Assembly (NCBI RefSeq): GCF_009834535.1
Contig: NC_045716.1
Location: 22,072,001 to 22,136,000 of the forward strand
DNA from: Camelus ferus
Taxonomy: Eukaryota
Direction: 5' to 3'
Length of the DNA stretch: 64,000 bases
Below the pieces are notes generated by a model that did not search any database, had not been told where the DNA came from, and saw only the letters and a list, made by a program, of their open reading frames with translations. Shown here one piece after another: positions 21,701 to 41,780 of the stretch (positions are counted from its first letter, which is position 1; every line of letters begins with the position of its first letter). The translations under genes and the position numbers were made by a program.

Positions 21701-24700
21701 CTTGCTAACACAACTTGGGTTTTGTTCAAGGGCAATGGCCTGTCCCTGCCTTGGCCCCTGGGGGTAAATCTGGATCTGTCTATCCTGAGTTTGGTATAAC
21801 AGGACATCGAAAGCGGCTTGTTCTATGGGTTTGGCCTTTTGGCCCAAGACTCAAGGTGAGGACAATAGTTGACAATAGTTGGCCTACATTCCGAGGATGA
21901 CTGTTGACCAAGGGTTGCCCTCCATTCTAAAGAGAGCCCCGTGGAGCTCGCCCATGTCCGTGTCTAGGCTTACCCGAAGAGCAAAACTAATCTCACCCCT
22001 CTGTGCCAACCAGTCTACATAAAGACAAGACTCGAAATCTGTATTTTCTGGAAGTGGAGAGAAGCGGTTAGAGTAGGCAGACAGAGGAGGAGAGTCTGTG
22101 GAGAGGATGGGTGTCCACTTCCCCATGTCAAGTGACAGACTTAAGAGAACCCTTCAGAGGCTGGTGCTGCAGGAAGAGGAACCCGGCTCATCACTCCCAG
22201 CCCGACGCCCGCTGAGCCGCAGAGCCTGGCAGGGCCCCTCCCCAGGCTGCCACCAAGGCCCAGAGAGGGAGAGCGTTCATGGGCGTGCTCAGCAGGGACC
22301 CCTGACCCGGGAGTGTGGGGGAATCGTGAATGTGGAGAGTGGTACTTGCTTCTCACCACGGCAGAGGAGAGGGCAGCTGCGAGGGACCCTACTTTCCGAG
22401 TTTGGCTAGGCAAGGAAGTGCACACTTCCTCTGGGACAATAGGACATTTGGAGGACAGCAGGCCTTAAGCCATCTGTGAGGGTCCCCATCCCAGAGTGCA
22501 GCCTGCTTGGGGGGAAGCATCCAAAAGTAAGAGGCTGTGGGTGGTCTGTAGAAGCTACCGGGAGCCTCATTTGAGGTCAGCCAAATAGAACTGCCCTCAG
22601 CAGGAAGCTGGGCACTGTGAGGTCCACACGGAACCTCCAGAGAGACCATAAACGGGCCTCCTGAGACAGCCAGGGTGTGAGTGCTTGCCATGCAGAGGCG
22701 GTGGAATTATAACAGTATCGATGACTTCAGACTTTTGTCTCTTTTCCTCTAATTCTTCTAACCCCCTTTCTGACATCAGAAGAACCAAAAGGGGAAGGAA
22801 GTGGAGAAAAAAGTGAGCGAGCCAGCCAGGCCCCCTTCTCCACTGTGGGACCCCATGCCAGGGGACAGGTCTGAGCTGCGAGGGGGCGAGGGGGCAGTTG
22901 AGGGGAAGATGTCTGAGAATGGACGTGAGATGGAAAATTTTATATAGACTGGATCAGACCTTTTAAACACTAAAAACAGTCATAATTACTGAAGCAGGAC
23001 TGGGTCTTCTAGATTAAAATCACCAGAAAGCTAAGGGTCTGTGTGAGAGGTCATTAGTGGGAGAAAGGTAGGAATACAGTGGTCGGAACAAAAGCAGTTT
23101 CATGTTGGTAACCCATAGAGGCAGTTCGTTCAGTGAGCTGGTGTCGATGCCACGTCCGTGCCCCTTGCCTGGGAGAGGTTTAGGAAAGGGCACGTGCTGC
23201 AGTTCTGACCACAGAGGTGTGGGGGATGTTGGCTAGGGTGGACGGGAAGTTTTCTTTGTTCTTATGAGACATGAGGAAGGAATGCTTCGGTCTTTTGACA
23301 TTGTTGGATGAGGATGTGATGCTTGGATTTGCTGCAGCCATTTCATGACCTGAAGAGGAATGATCTACAGGCCAAAGATGGCAGAGAAAAAAGACAAAAG
23401 GAAGCTGGGTCCTGGGTGGGTTTACTGAGCTGCTAAATTATCCAAATCCCAAAACCACTCTACTTTAAAACTTGCTGTGTGCCATGATAAACTTCCTCTA
23501 TGGTTAAACCACTTATAGGTGGATTTTCTGTTTTTGCAGCCCAGTACCTCCTGATACAAGATCTCCATTCAAATGTCACCTCCTCTGAGAGGCCTTCCCT
23601 GACTACTCAAGGTAGCTCCCTGCCCCTTTCTATCACATCCCCCAGGTTTACTTTTTTCATACCACTTGTCACCATCAGAAATGCTCTTGTTTATTTCTTG
23701 TTCATTTATTGTCTAACCCTCTCCATGAGATTGTAAACTTGAAAGAATGTAAACTCTGAATGAGCTGGGTGTGGGGTGAGGGTAGGGAGGAGTAGGGGAA
23801 ATAGGTGAAGGGAATTAAGAGGTAAAAACCTTCAATTATGGAATAAATGAGTCACAGGGATGTAATAGATAGCATAAAGAATTTGGTCAGTAGGGAATAT
23901 AGCCAGTATTTTGTAATAACTTTAAAATGTTGAATCAATACGTTGTACATCTGAAACTAATATAATATTGTAAATTAACTATACTTTAATAAAAAAAGAA
24001 CATGGTCAATAATATTGTAATAACTTTGTATGTGGACAGATGGTTCCTAGACTTATCATGGTGATTATTCCGTGACATATGCAAATGTCAATCACTATGT
24101 AGCACACCAGAAACTAACATAATATTGTACGTCAACTATATCTCAGTTAAAAAAAAGAACTCATTATAGATTATAGCTGTCACTGCATATGTATAGATAT
24201 ACACATGTATGCATTATATATTACAGTGTATGTATGTGGATGTAGTATGTATGATATATATTATAATCTCTAAGAGTCTAAAGTTAAAAAAAGAGCTGAG
24301 TGCATGTCAACCAAGTTCACTGCTGAAGCCTCAGCAGGTGCTCAATTAGTGCTAAATGAATGAATGAATGAATGAATAAGTGAATGAAATGAATTTATCA
24401 GGAGCAGCAGGAAACAAGGCCAGAGAGGTCAGGAGAGATGGGGATCATGAAGGGTCTTGGGGTTTGGACTATATCATGGGGGTAAGAGGGAGTCCCTCAG
24501 ACTGGGGAGACTTGAGAGGGCAAGGACTGTGTCTTCTTCTGTGGACTCAGGGCCTCTGCCCTCTGGATCTCCCCTCAAAGCCCAAGACAAGGTTGAGGCT
24601 ACAAGGGACACTTGGGAACAGAAGAAACAAGCTCAGACTCCTTCCTGGGCACCCAGGGGTGGGCTGTGTTTCACAGGCCTCTTGAGTGTCCCCGTCCTTA

Positions 24701-25389
24701 TCCCAGTACTAACCAACCAAGCTGTACAATGTCACCATCTTCTGATCTTCATAGATGTTCATAGGGTTCACCAGGAGCTGGAAGAGACCTGAGGATACAG
24801 GGTCAAGCCAAAAGTCAAAAGATGGGCCCCACCCCTGAGCTCTACTTGATACTCACCTATGGCCAGGAGCCCCCCAGTGCCTGCTCCCAGCAGGAAAGCA
24901 CTGACTGGAAACTCGCCCTGCTGGCGCCACAGGAATCGGCTACAGGCGTCGGGCAGCCCCCAGCTCAGGAACCTCTGTACCGCTGGGAGATGGTGCAGTT
25001 TAGCCTGGCAGGGCCGACAGACCGCTCTTCTGGTGGGACCTGGTTCACTAGGGTTAGAGGCTGGCAGTGGGGAGAGGCTGGGGTAACCTGGCTGAGGGTG
25101 GCAGGAACTCGGGGGATCCTGAAGGAGGATGAGGGACCCTGAGGAAGTGGGGCAGACATGAAGGAGAGAAGAAGAAAGGGCTAGACTGGAGGCGGACACT
25201 GGATGAGACTGGTGGAGGTGGGGAGACAGCAAAGTGGGGCAAAGGGCTGGTGTCCTAGAGGAGAGATTGGGTGGGAGGAGTAGGGCTGGCAGTCGCTGGC
25301 AGTCACTGCGAAGGGGTGGCTGACTCACTGGTGTGGGGTAGTTTCCTTCTTGACCCTTTTGCTCTATTCTGATGAGGTCTGATGGCCAT
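11147..25389 (-). CDS. DCST1: DC-STAMP domain-containing protein 1, whole CDS span, 16 coding exons, 2121 nt / 706 aa
   Basis: Multi-pass TM protein with C-terminal Cys-rich RING-like region (CVVC...[14 protein letters not shown]...CPVC). The exons sum to 707 codons, the same length I recall for human DCST1. Confidence 0.97.
11720..12890. mobile_element. MIR and L2 fragments in the last DCST1 intron
   Basis: actttacagatgagaaag; ttccattttacagg; L2-like gcattcatttagcccctattg. Confidence 0.55.
13317..13430 (-). CDS. DCST1: DCST1 coding exon 15
   Basis: [17 protein letters not shown]...QQQRAP. Confidence 0.93.
13567..13709 (-). CDS. DCST1: DCST1 coding exon 14
   Basis: [18 protein letters not shown]...AAFYFPK. 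Confidence 0.93.
14170..14286 (-). CDS. DCST1: DCST1 coding exon 13
   Basis: [38 protein letters not shown]. Confidence 0.93.
14672..14798 (-). CDS. DCST1: DCST1 coding exon 12
   Basis: [22 protein letters not shown]...QYSFR. Confidence 0.93.
14936..15031 (-). CDS. DCST1: DCST1 coding exon 11
   Basis: [32 protein letters not shown]. Confidence 0.93.
15157..15256 (-). CDS. DCST1: DCST1 coding exon 10
   Basis: [33 protein letters not shown]. Confidence 0.93.
15734..15775. repeat. (TG)17(CG)4 microsatellite
   Basis: Direct reading of the sequence. Confidence 0.95.
16008..16021 (-). promoter_or_regulatory. CTCF consensus motif in a DCST1 intron
   Basis: CCACAAGGGGGCGC on minus strand, one mismatch (A at position 5) to the CCASYAGRKGGCRS core. 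Confidence 0.55.
17307..17464 (-). CDS. DCST1: DCST1 coding exon 9
   Basis: [24 protein letters not shown]...TFLLVLR. Confidence 0.92.
17885..18006 (-). CDS. DCST1: DCST1 coding exon 8
   Basis: [20 protein letters not shown]...TINLK. Confidence 0.93.
18538..18681 (-). CDS. DCST1: DCST1 coding exon 7
   Basis: [20 protein letters not shown]...FFCGIAK. Confidence 0.93.
18766..18982 (-). CDS. DCST1: DCST1 coding exon 6
   Basis: [14 protein letters not shown]...LRTKLRCS. Confidence 0.92.
19460..19635. mobile_element. Possible MER20-like hAT DNA transposon remnant
   Basis: ctggcatttatcgcccagggacc...gcaatgtttgggacag resembles MER20 from memory. Confidence 0.3.
19722..19861 (-). CDS. DCST1: DCST1 coding exon 5
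   Basis: [28 protein letters not shown]...FKDLL. Confidence 0.93.
20209..20337 (-). CDS. DCST1: DCST1 coding exon 4
   Basis: [29 protein letters not shown]...AIYE. Confidence 0.93.
20900..21650. mobile_element. L2 fragments (minus, then plus)
   Basis: gtcagatcacgtcccttctctgcttcaaa and other L2 3'-region hallmarks. Confidence 0.6.
21665..23558 (+). mobile_element. MLT1-type MaLR LTR split by a 1.37-kb insertion
   Basis: TG start; ttcttccttgctaac and gatgtgatgcttgga...gcagccat motifs; typical end ttttctgtttttgcagcc...ctgataca. Confidence 0.65.
21786..23152 (+). mobile_element. Putative unclassified ERV solo LTR
   Basis: TG...CA ends; degenerate 5-bp TSD tatcc/cgtcc; TATATA at 22941 and ATTAAA at 23013. 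Confidence 0.45.
23560..24380 (+). mobile_element. L2 3' end interrupted by nested L1 3'-end fragments (~23765-24290)
   Basis: L2 caaatgtcacctcctctgagagg and (GAAT)n tail; L1 3' UTR motifs ctgaaactaatataatattgt with A-tails. Confidence 0.7.
24714..24788 (-). CDS. DCST1: DCST1 coding exon 3
   Basis: [24 protein letters not shown]. Confidence 0.91.
24857..24982 (-). CDS. DCST1: DCST1 coding exon 2
   Basis: [25 protein letters not shown]...LLAI. Confidence 0.92.
25329..25389 (-). CDS. DCST1: DCST1 coding exon 1
   Basis: [20 protein letters not shown]; donor A|GTGAGT. Confidence 0.88.
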
Positions 25390-35998
<10,609 letters not shown>

Positions 35999-36165
35999 CA
36001 GCCCCACCCGAGGCCCAGTCTATTGGCATTCCCACACTCCCTTGGCCCCACTGACCACCTCAAAAATCCTCTGTTCCCAAAGCAGACCCCTCTCCCAGCT
36101 TCAGAACCCCCAGTCCTTCTGTCTCTCCTCTACCTCTCCTTCTGATCCCTCCCATCTACCCTCCA

Positions 36166-36171
36166 AATAAA
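36166..36171 (+). terminator. DCST2: DCST2 polyadenylation signal AATAAA
   Basis: AATAAA overlapping the TAA that ends the remnant SDPSHLPSK frame. Confidence 0.8.
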
Positions 36172-36879
36172 GGAACCAAAGGTAGACACAAATGTGAATC
36201 TTAAATTATTATTATTTCTTCCTGTCGTTTACACCCGAGGTGGGGGGCAGGGGAAGGGGAGGGGAACAGGAGAGGGGGGATTGCCTCCCCCCCTAAGGCA
36301 CTGAGTGGAGAAGCCGCAAGGGGGGAGAGGGGAGGCCACATTGTCCTCACTCCCTGGGGCTAGGCCTCAGGTCTCCTCAGCCCTGGGCTCCCCCATCACC
36401 TGAAATGCTAAGATGAGGCCCAGGGCAACCCGACCTCCCCCAACCCCAATATATTACATCATCACTTTTTAAATAGATATAGGGACTGGTCCCGCTACCC
36501 CCTCCCTGTGACCCCCCCACTATTGGGGGTACCTGGGCAGCTGTGCAAATGGGCATGGGGGTGCTTGGGAGAGAGGGAGAGCACCGGGCCCCTGAACCTG
36601 CCCCTTTGAAGGAGGGGGAGGGGCCGCCAGGCCAGGGAGGGGAAATAGTGCAAGGCAGAGCCCAGGCCAAACGGGGTCCAGCACCCAGCGAGGAAGAGGG
36701 GGGAGATACCCCCACCCCCAGCAGATTTGGGTAGTTAAAAATCTGAAACTAGATTTCAACAAGACCAACAGAAAAGGCTATGTACAGAACGGGGGTGGAT
36801 TCAATCCTAAGGGAAGAGGGAGGGGATTATTCTCCCCGACCCAACAGGGAGCCGGGCTGGTAAGCGTCTGGGGAAAGGG

Positions 36880-37400
36880 TCCCTTTCCCACAGCTCCGCA
36901 GCCCACTTTCCCTGCGGCTGAGCAAGAAGTTATTTGCCCACAGCCTTGGCAAGGGGGCGCCGCTCACCAGCTGGGGTGGTGGGGGTGAGCGCAGACGGCC
37001 CGCTGGAAGTGGCCGCCAGGGGCGCTCGCCCGCGAGGGGCACGGCCGCCAGATGGCGCCGGCTCGCCCGTTCTCCGCAAGGCTCCCCCCAACCCCTCACC
37101 CGGTCCCACACCCTGCACCGCGCCAGCCCGGGGGCGGCGTGAGTCAGGGGCGGCAGCGGTGGCGGCGGCTCCGGCTCGCACCTGGGCGGGGAGGAGGTGG
37201 GGAGGAGAAGAGGGTAGGACACCGCCCGGCCCGCCCTGCCCTCTGGCCCCGGGGAGGGAGCGGCGGGAACAAGACATTCCCTGCCCGGGGACGCGGGAGG
37301 GGAGGGCAGGGGAAGAGAACCAGCGAGCGGCTCCCCTAGCTGGGCGGGGCCCCTCCCGCTGCCCCCAGGGGCGGGCGAGCCAATCAGGCCACCCCGCCCC
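36880..37400. promoter_or_regulatory. CpG island within the ZBTB7B 3' UTR with CTCF-like motif
   Basis: CpG-dense; CCGCCAGATGGCGC at 37045-37058. Confidence 0.6.
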
Positions 37401-38033
37401 TTCTCCAGGACCCCATGACTCAGCGCTGGGAGCAGGGCGGAGGGGGACTAGGATGGCTCCTTCCTTACAGGCCCAGTCCCCCTGTCTTTCAAGCTTTTAC
37501 CTTGCTTTCCCCCACTTACCCTTCCTTTGCCGCCCCCTATGCATAATTCACTGCCAGGAAAAGGGAACAGAAACCAGGAAGGAGGGGTCTCGAAAGGGAG
37601 GGGCAGTCCTTCACCCCCTTACACAGCCAAAACCCCAAGGGGCATGGGGGCGGGGCAAGGCTTTGGTCCCAAGCCCCCCACCCCCTAGAAACCCGCATAG
37701 CCGAAGAGGGACCCCACGAATCAGAAATACATTATTGCTTCTACTCCCCAGGAGCAGCTGGGGACAGGGACCCCACCGTTACAACAGAGCTGTAAATATA
37801 TACATCGTATCATACGTATCACTCCTTGGGAGAGCACCCCAATCTGGGGAGCTTCTGCCCCAAAACCTTCTCAGCTTGAAACTGGAATGAGGGCTCTGGG
37901 GGAAGGGGCTGATTTTCGATGCCAGGGAGGCTCAGTGCCTGGACCCCCAGCGCCGTCTGTGCTGCACACTCCCACTGCTTGGCATGGGCGTCCCCAGCCC
38001 CCGTGCTGCTCCAGCTTGGCCACTCATCCCTCT

Positions 38034-38499
38034 TTAAGAGGACTCCATGGCACCTTCAGCCTGAGGTGTGGTGGGTGCCCCCTCCTCCTCATCGTCATCA
38101 GGGGGCCCTGGGGTGGAGACTGGGGGCCCAGTAGGGGCTGACTGCTCCCAGAATCGAGCCAGAGAGAGGCGGAAGTTGTCCAAGTGGCCATTGGAGAGGT
38201 CGAGGCCAGCAGGGGACGGGGTGGCGGCAGAGGGTGTTGGGTAGTGAGGGGGCGCATCGTCCTNNNNNNNNNNNNNNNNNNNNNNNNNNNNNNNNNNNNN
38301 NNNNNNNNNNNNNNNNNNNNNNNNNNNNNNNNNNNNNNNNNNNNNNNNNNNNNNNNNNNNNNNNNNNNNNNNNNNNNNNNNNNNNNNNNNNNNNNNNNNN
38401 NNNNNNNNNNNNNNNNNNNNNNNNNNNNNNNNNNNNNNNNNNNNNNNNNNNNNNNNNNNNNNNNNNNNNNNNNNNNNNNNNNNNNNNNNNNNNNNNNNN
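38034..38499 (-). CDS. ZBTB7B: ZBTB7B last coding exon (5' part inside N-gap 38264-38507; 5' boundary estimated)
   Basis: Visible part reads DDAPPHYPTPSAATPSPAGLDLSNGHL...MESS*. The gap length fits the missing zinc fingers. Confidence 0.8.
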
Positions 38500-40065
38500 N
38501 NNNNNNNGGCAGCAGGGAGGGGCAAGTGAGATGTTCAGGGCGGGATCCCTGGTTGTCCTGGCCAGCCTCCCAGGTCTTGTCCCACTCCCGTTCCCCCCAT
38601 TTGTTTCCCCATTGCTGCCCCAGGAGACCGTTGCTGACTTGGCCCCAGCTTAACTGGGCCTAGCTACCACCCACTCCTCTGCCCCCTGCACAGCCCAGTC
38701 TTTCATGCCCCACACCCACCTCCCTTGACTTTCTCCTGGCCTCCCTTTCCTGGTCTCGCTCTTCACTCTGGTGACCCCTACACCCTCTCAGCCCCTCCAG
38801 GATCACCCACCTCCACACCTCGGGTCTCATAATCCCTTTCACCCTCCCCCTGACATGACGTGGCCCCAGCTGAGCCCCTTCCCCATTGGTGCTCACCGGG
38901 TGAAACGGACGCCGCAGACTTCACAGGCGAAGGGCTTCTCACCAGTATGGGTCCTCATGTGGCGTGGCAGTTTGCCTGCCCCGTGGATGATCTTGTGGCA
39001 GACTGGACACTCCTGGGGCATCTGGGAGCGGCGTTTGCGCACTAGCTTGTCCTGGCCATCCAGGCCTGGTGCCAGGGTGTCCTGGTGCAGGGAACTCAGG
39101 TAGGCCATCAGGTCAGGATCGATGGCATCCTCATCTGAGCCCAGCTCCTCGGGGGACAGCGGGGGCCCACTGCCCTGCACCAGCCCATAGGCTGGGGGAT
39201 ATACCAGCTCCTCCTCTTCTTCCTCACCCTCATAGGCATCGTAGCTCAGGGGCCCCTCAGTGGGTGAGGCAGTCCCTGTGGGAGGGCTGTAGCTGTCCCC
39301 TGGACCGCTGCCCCCACTGCTGCCCACTCTGCCAGCTGCGTCCTCCTCCTCATAGGTCAAGGGATGGGTGGGCACTGTGGGCACTTCGGGCACTAGGTGG
39401 TTGGCCCGGGCCCCCTTGGTCTGCAGGAAAGCTTTTCGGGGCTTGCGGCTGCGGCGGGCGACAGGCCGAGGTGGCGGTGGTGGTGGTGGGAGGGGCACCT
39501 GTGGAGCACTGTCTTCACCATTGGGAACTCCCGAGGCTGAGGCTGAGGCTGAGGCTGTGGCTGTGGCGAAGGCCTCCAGGTACTGGCGAGCTCGCTCGCA
39601 GTCGTCCTCATCAGGGCTGGGAGCTTCCAGTCCGCTGCCCTGCAGGATCTCCATGCAGGCAGCGATGACACATGGGATCTCCAGCAGCCGCGCGGCCTGG
39701 AGCACGGCTGGCATGTTGGCGCTGCTGGTGGTCAGCGTGGCCGTATAGGCAAACTCAAGCAGGGCACCCAGGGCCTCTGGCCCCACAAAGTCCAGCTCAC
39801 ACACACCGGCCCCTGCTCCCCCGGTGGCTGTCCCGCTGCCCCCAGAGCCCATGACTGCCCCGCCACCACCCTCAGTGAAGAGCTTCTTGAAGTAGTGGCT
39901 ACAGGCAGCCAGCACAGCCCGGTGGGTGCGGTATTCAAGGCCCTGGGTCCGGATGGTGAGGTCACATAGGTGGCCCAGCTGGCGCTGCTCATTGAGGCTG
40001 CTCAGGAGCTCACTGCTGTGGTCTGGGAATGGAATCCCGATCAGGTCGTCCTCCGGGCTCCCCAT
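38034..40065 (-). CDS. ZBTB7B: Zinc finger and BTB domain-containing 7B (ThPOK/cKrox), CDS span, 2 coding exons
   Basis: MGSPEDDLIGIPFPDHSSELL BTB domain; C2H2 finger CPVCHKIIHGAGKLPRHMRTHTGEKPF; C-terminus ...QAEGAMESS-TAA. Confidence 0.97.
38897..40065 (-). CDS. ZBTB7B: ZBTB7B main coding exon
   Basis: ATG at 40065 after cagcagaagaag; ends CGVRFT CG|GTGAGC. Confidence 0.96.
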
Positions 40066-40129
40066 CTTCTTCTGCTGGGTGAAATAGAAGGGGAAGTTAA
40101 GAGCACTGAGCCCTGCAAGGAGTACCAAC

Positions 40130-41780
40130 ACTGGCCAGGTGCCTATAGGCCGGGTGGTCTTCTAAGTACTTTACACCCATTTCATCTTCCCCAATCTTCT
40201 AAAGTAACGATTATCATCCATTTCACAGACAGGAACCTGAGGTGCAGGCAGGTGAAGTAACTTTCCAAGTTAAGTGCAGAATGGGTTCAAAGCCAGGTGG
40301 TCCGTGTTCCTAACACCTGTGCACTATTCTACCTGAGAGCAGGAGCCCCGCCTTTCTGGTCCTTTCTTAGAGACCCATCTACTTCACCTTCCCCATTTCC
40401 CATCCCTTTGGAAGAAGCACTGGACTGGGAAGAAGGATGCCTGGGTCCTGGTTCAGGCTTCATGAAGAACTGGCTGAAGGACTCTGGGTGGCTCTGGCAG
40501 CTAGCCTCAGTCATCTGCAAAGTGTGGTGCCAGTCTTTACGATGGAACCTCCTCACAGCCCAGAGAGGCTGATGAGAGAGTTCAGATTCACACTGGACCA
40601 AGGTCTGTTCAAGGCAAGGTCAGGTGCTTTAACTCACGTTATCTCCCTAAAGCATTTGTTGCACTGTAAAACACTATGCAAACATGAGAGGCAGCTTCCC
40701 AGCGCCCTCCTCCTTCTCTTCCTCCTGTCCCTCCTCCACCCACTAAAAGTTCATCTCCCCTTCTAGATACCCACTTNNNNNNNNNNNNNNNNNNNNNNNN
40801 NNNNNNNNNNNNNNNNNNNNNNNNNNNNNNNNNNNNNNNNNNNNNNNNNNNNNNNNNNNNNNNNNNNNNNNNNNNNNNNNNNNNNNNNNNNNNNNNNNNN
40901 NNNNNNNNNNNNCGTTCCCCGCCCCCTCCCCCACTGCCAATAGGCCAAGTTCCAGTCCCACCCCTCCCCCCTGGTCTACCACCACCACCTCTCCCTCCCA
41001 GTTCCCGGCCAGTCAGGAGAGTCCCCCTCTCCAGAGGTCCATCTTCCACCCTCTATGCTTTCCCTTCCAAGGCAAAGCCACAGAAGGCTCAGAGCTGCCA
41101 GCAACCCTTGGTGGAGGCTGGTGGAGGGGAGGGGAGGGGTAATAGAGTGAGTCTGGCCTGGAAGTGGGGAGATCTGCTTCAAGTCCTGGCTCTGCTGCTA
41201 TCTTGCTGAATGACCTTGGGCAAGTCATTTCTCTCTGTGCTTCCATTTCCTCACTGTACAAGGAAGGGGTGGGATTGGAAGCCCCAAGGGCTCAGCCCTT
41301 TGCCCTAACATTCGGTGGGCCTGGAGCAACTGAAGACAGAATTGGGGCCTGGAAAGAGCTGGACTCTGGAGTCATCCAGGCTTGAGTTTGAATCCTCACT
41401 ATGTGGCTGATTAGCCCTGTGACCTTAAACAAGTGATTTAATCTCTGAACCTCCTTCCTCATCTGTAACATGGGACAGTTCCACCAGACTCCTAGGGCTG
41501 TGGTGAAGGTTAAACGAGTCCAATGCAGGCACAATGCCTGACCCACAGTAGGGGCTCAGTAAATGTTCTGGCCTTGGGAGGGAGGAAGAAGGCCTCACCT
41601 GGAAGTAGATTTCACTATATAGACGGCCTCTGCCGCGAGACAGGTCTGCCTCCCTCCCTCAGATCACCCCAGGGAGTCAGGTTACTACCAGCTACATGAC
41701 CTTGGACAAGTCACTTCCTTCCCCAAGGAGGCCTGTTTCCTCATCTGTAAAATTAAAGGGTGACCTAGATGATCCTTAGG
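40130..41780. mobile_element. Several MIR fragments in the ZBTB7B intron
   Basis: 40130-40320 (minus); 41150-41270, 41355-41580 and 41690-41775 (plus): gaccttgggcaagtc, ctcatctgtaaaa. Confidence 0.65.

Noticed and set aside
21884-22970. Small ORFs inside the putative LTR, as a possible processed pseudogene or retroviral protein
   Set aside because: No protein family recognised and no poly(A) tail; the TG..CA structure fits an LTR better.
37013-37025. Second CTCF-like sequence CCGCCAGGGGCGC
   Set aside because: One G short of the 14-bp core spacing.
36934-37890. 318-aa plus-strand ORF over the ZBTB7B 3' UTR
   Set aside because: GC-rich artefact with no recognisable motifs.
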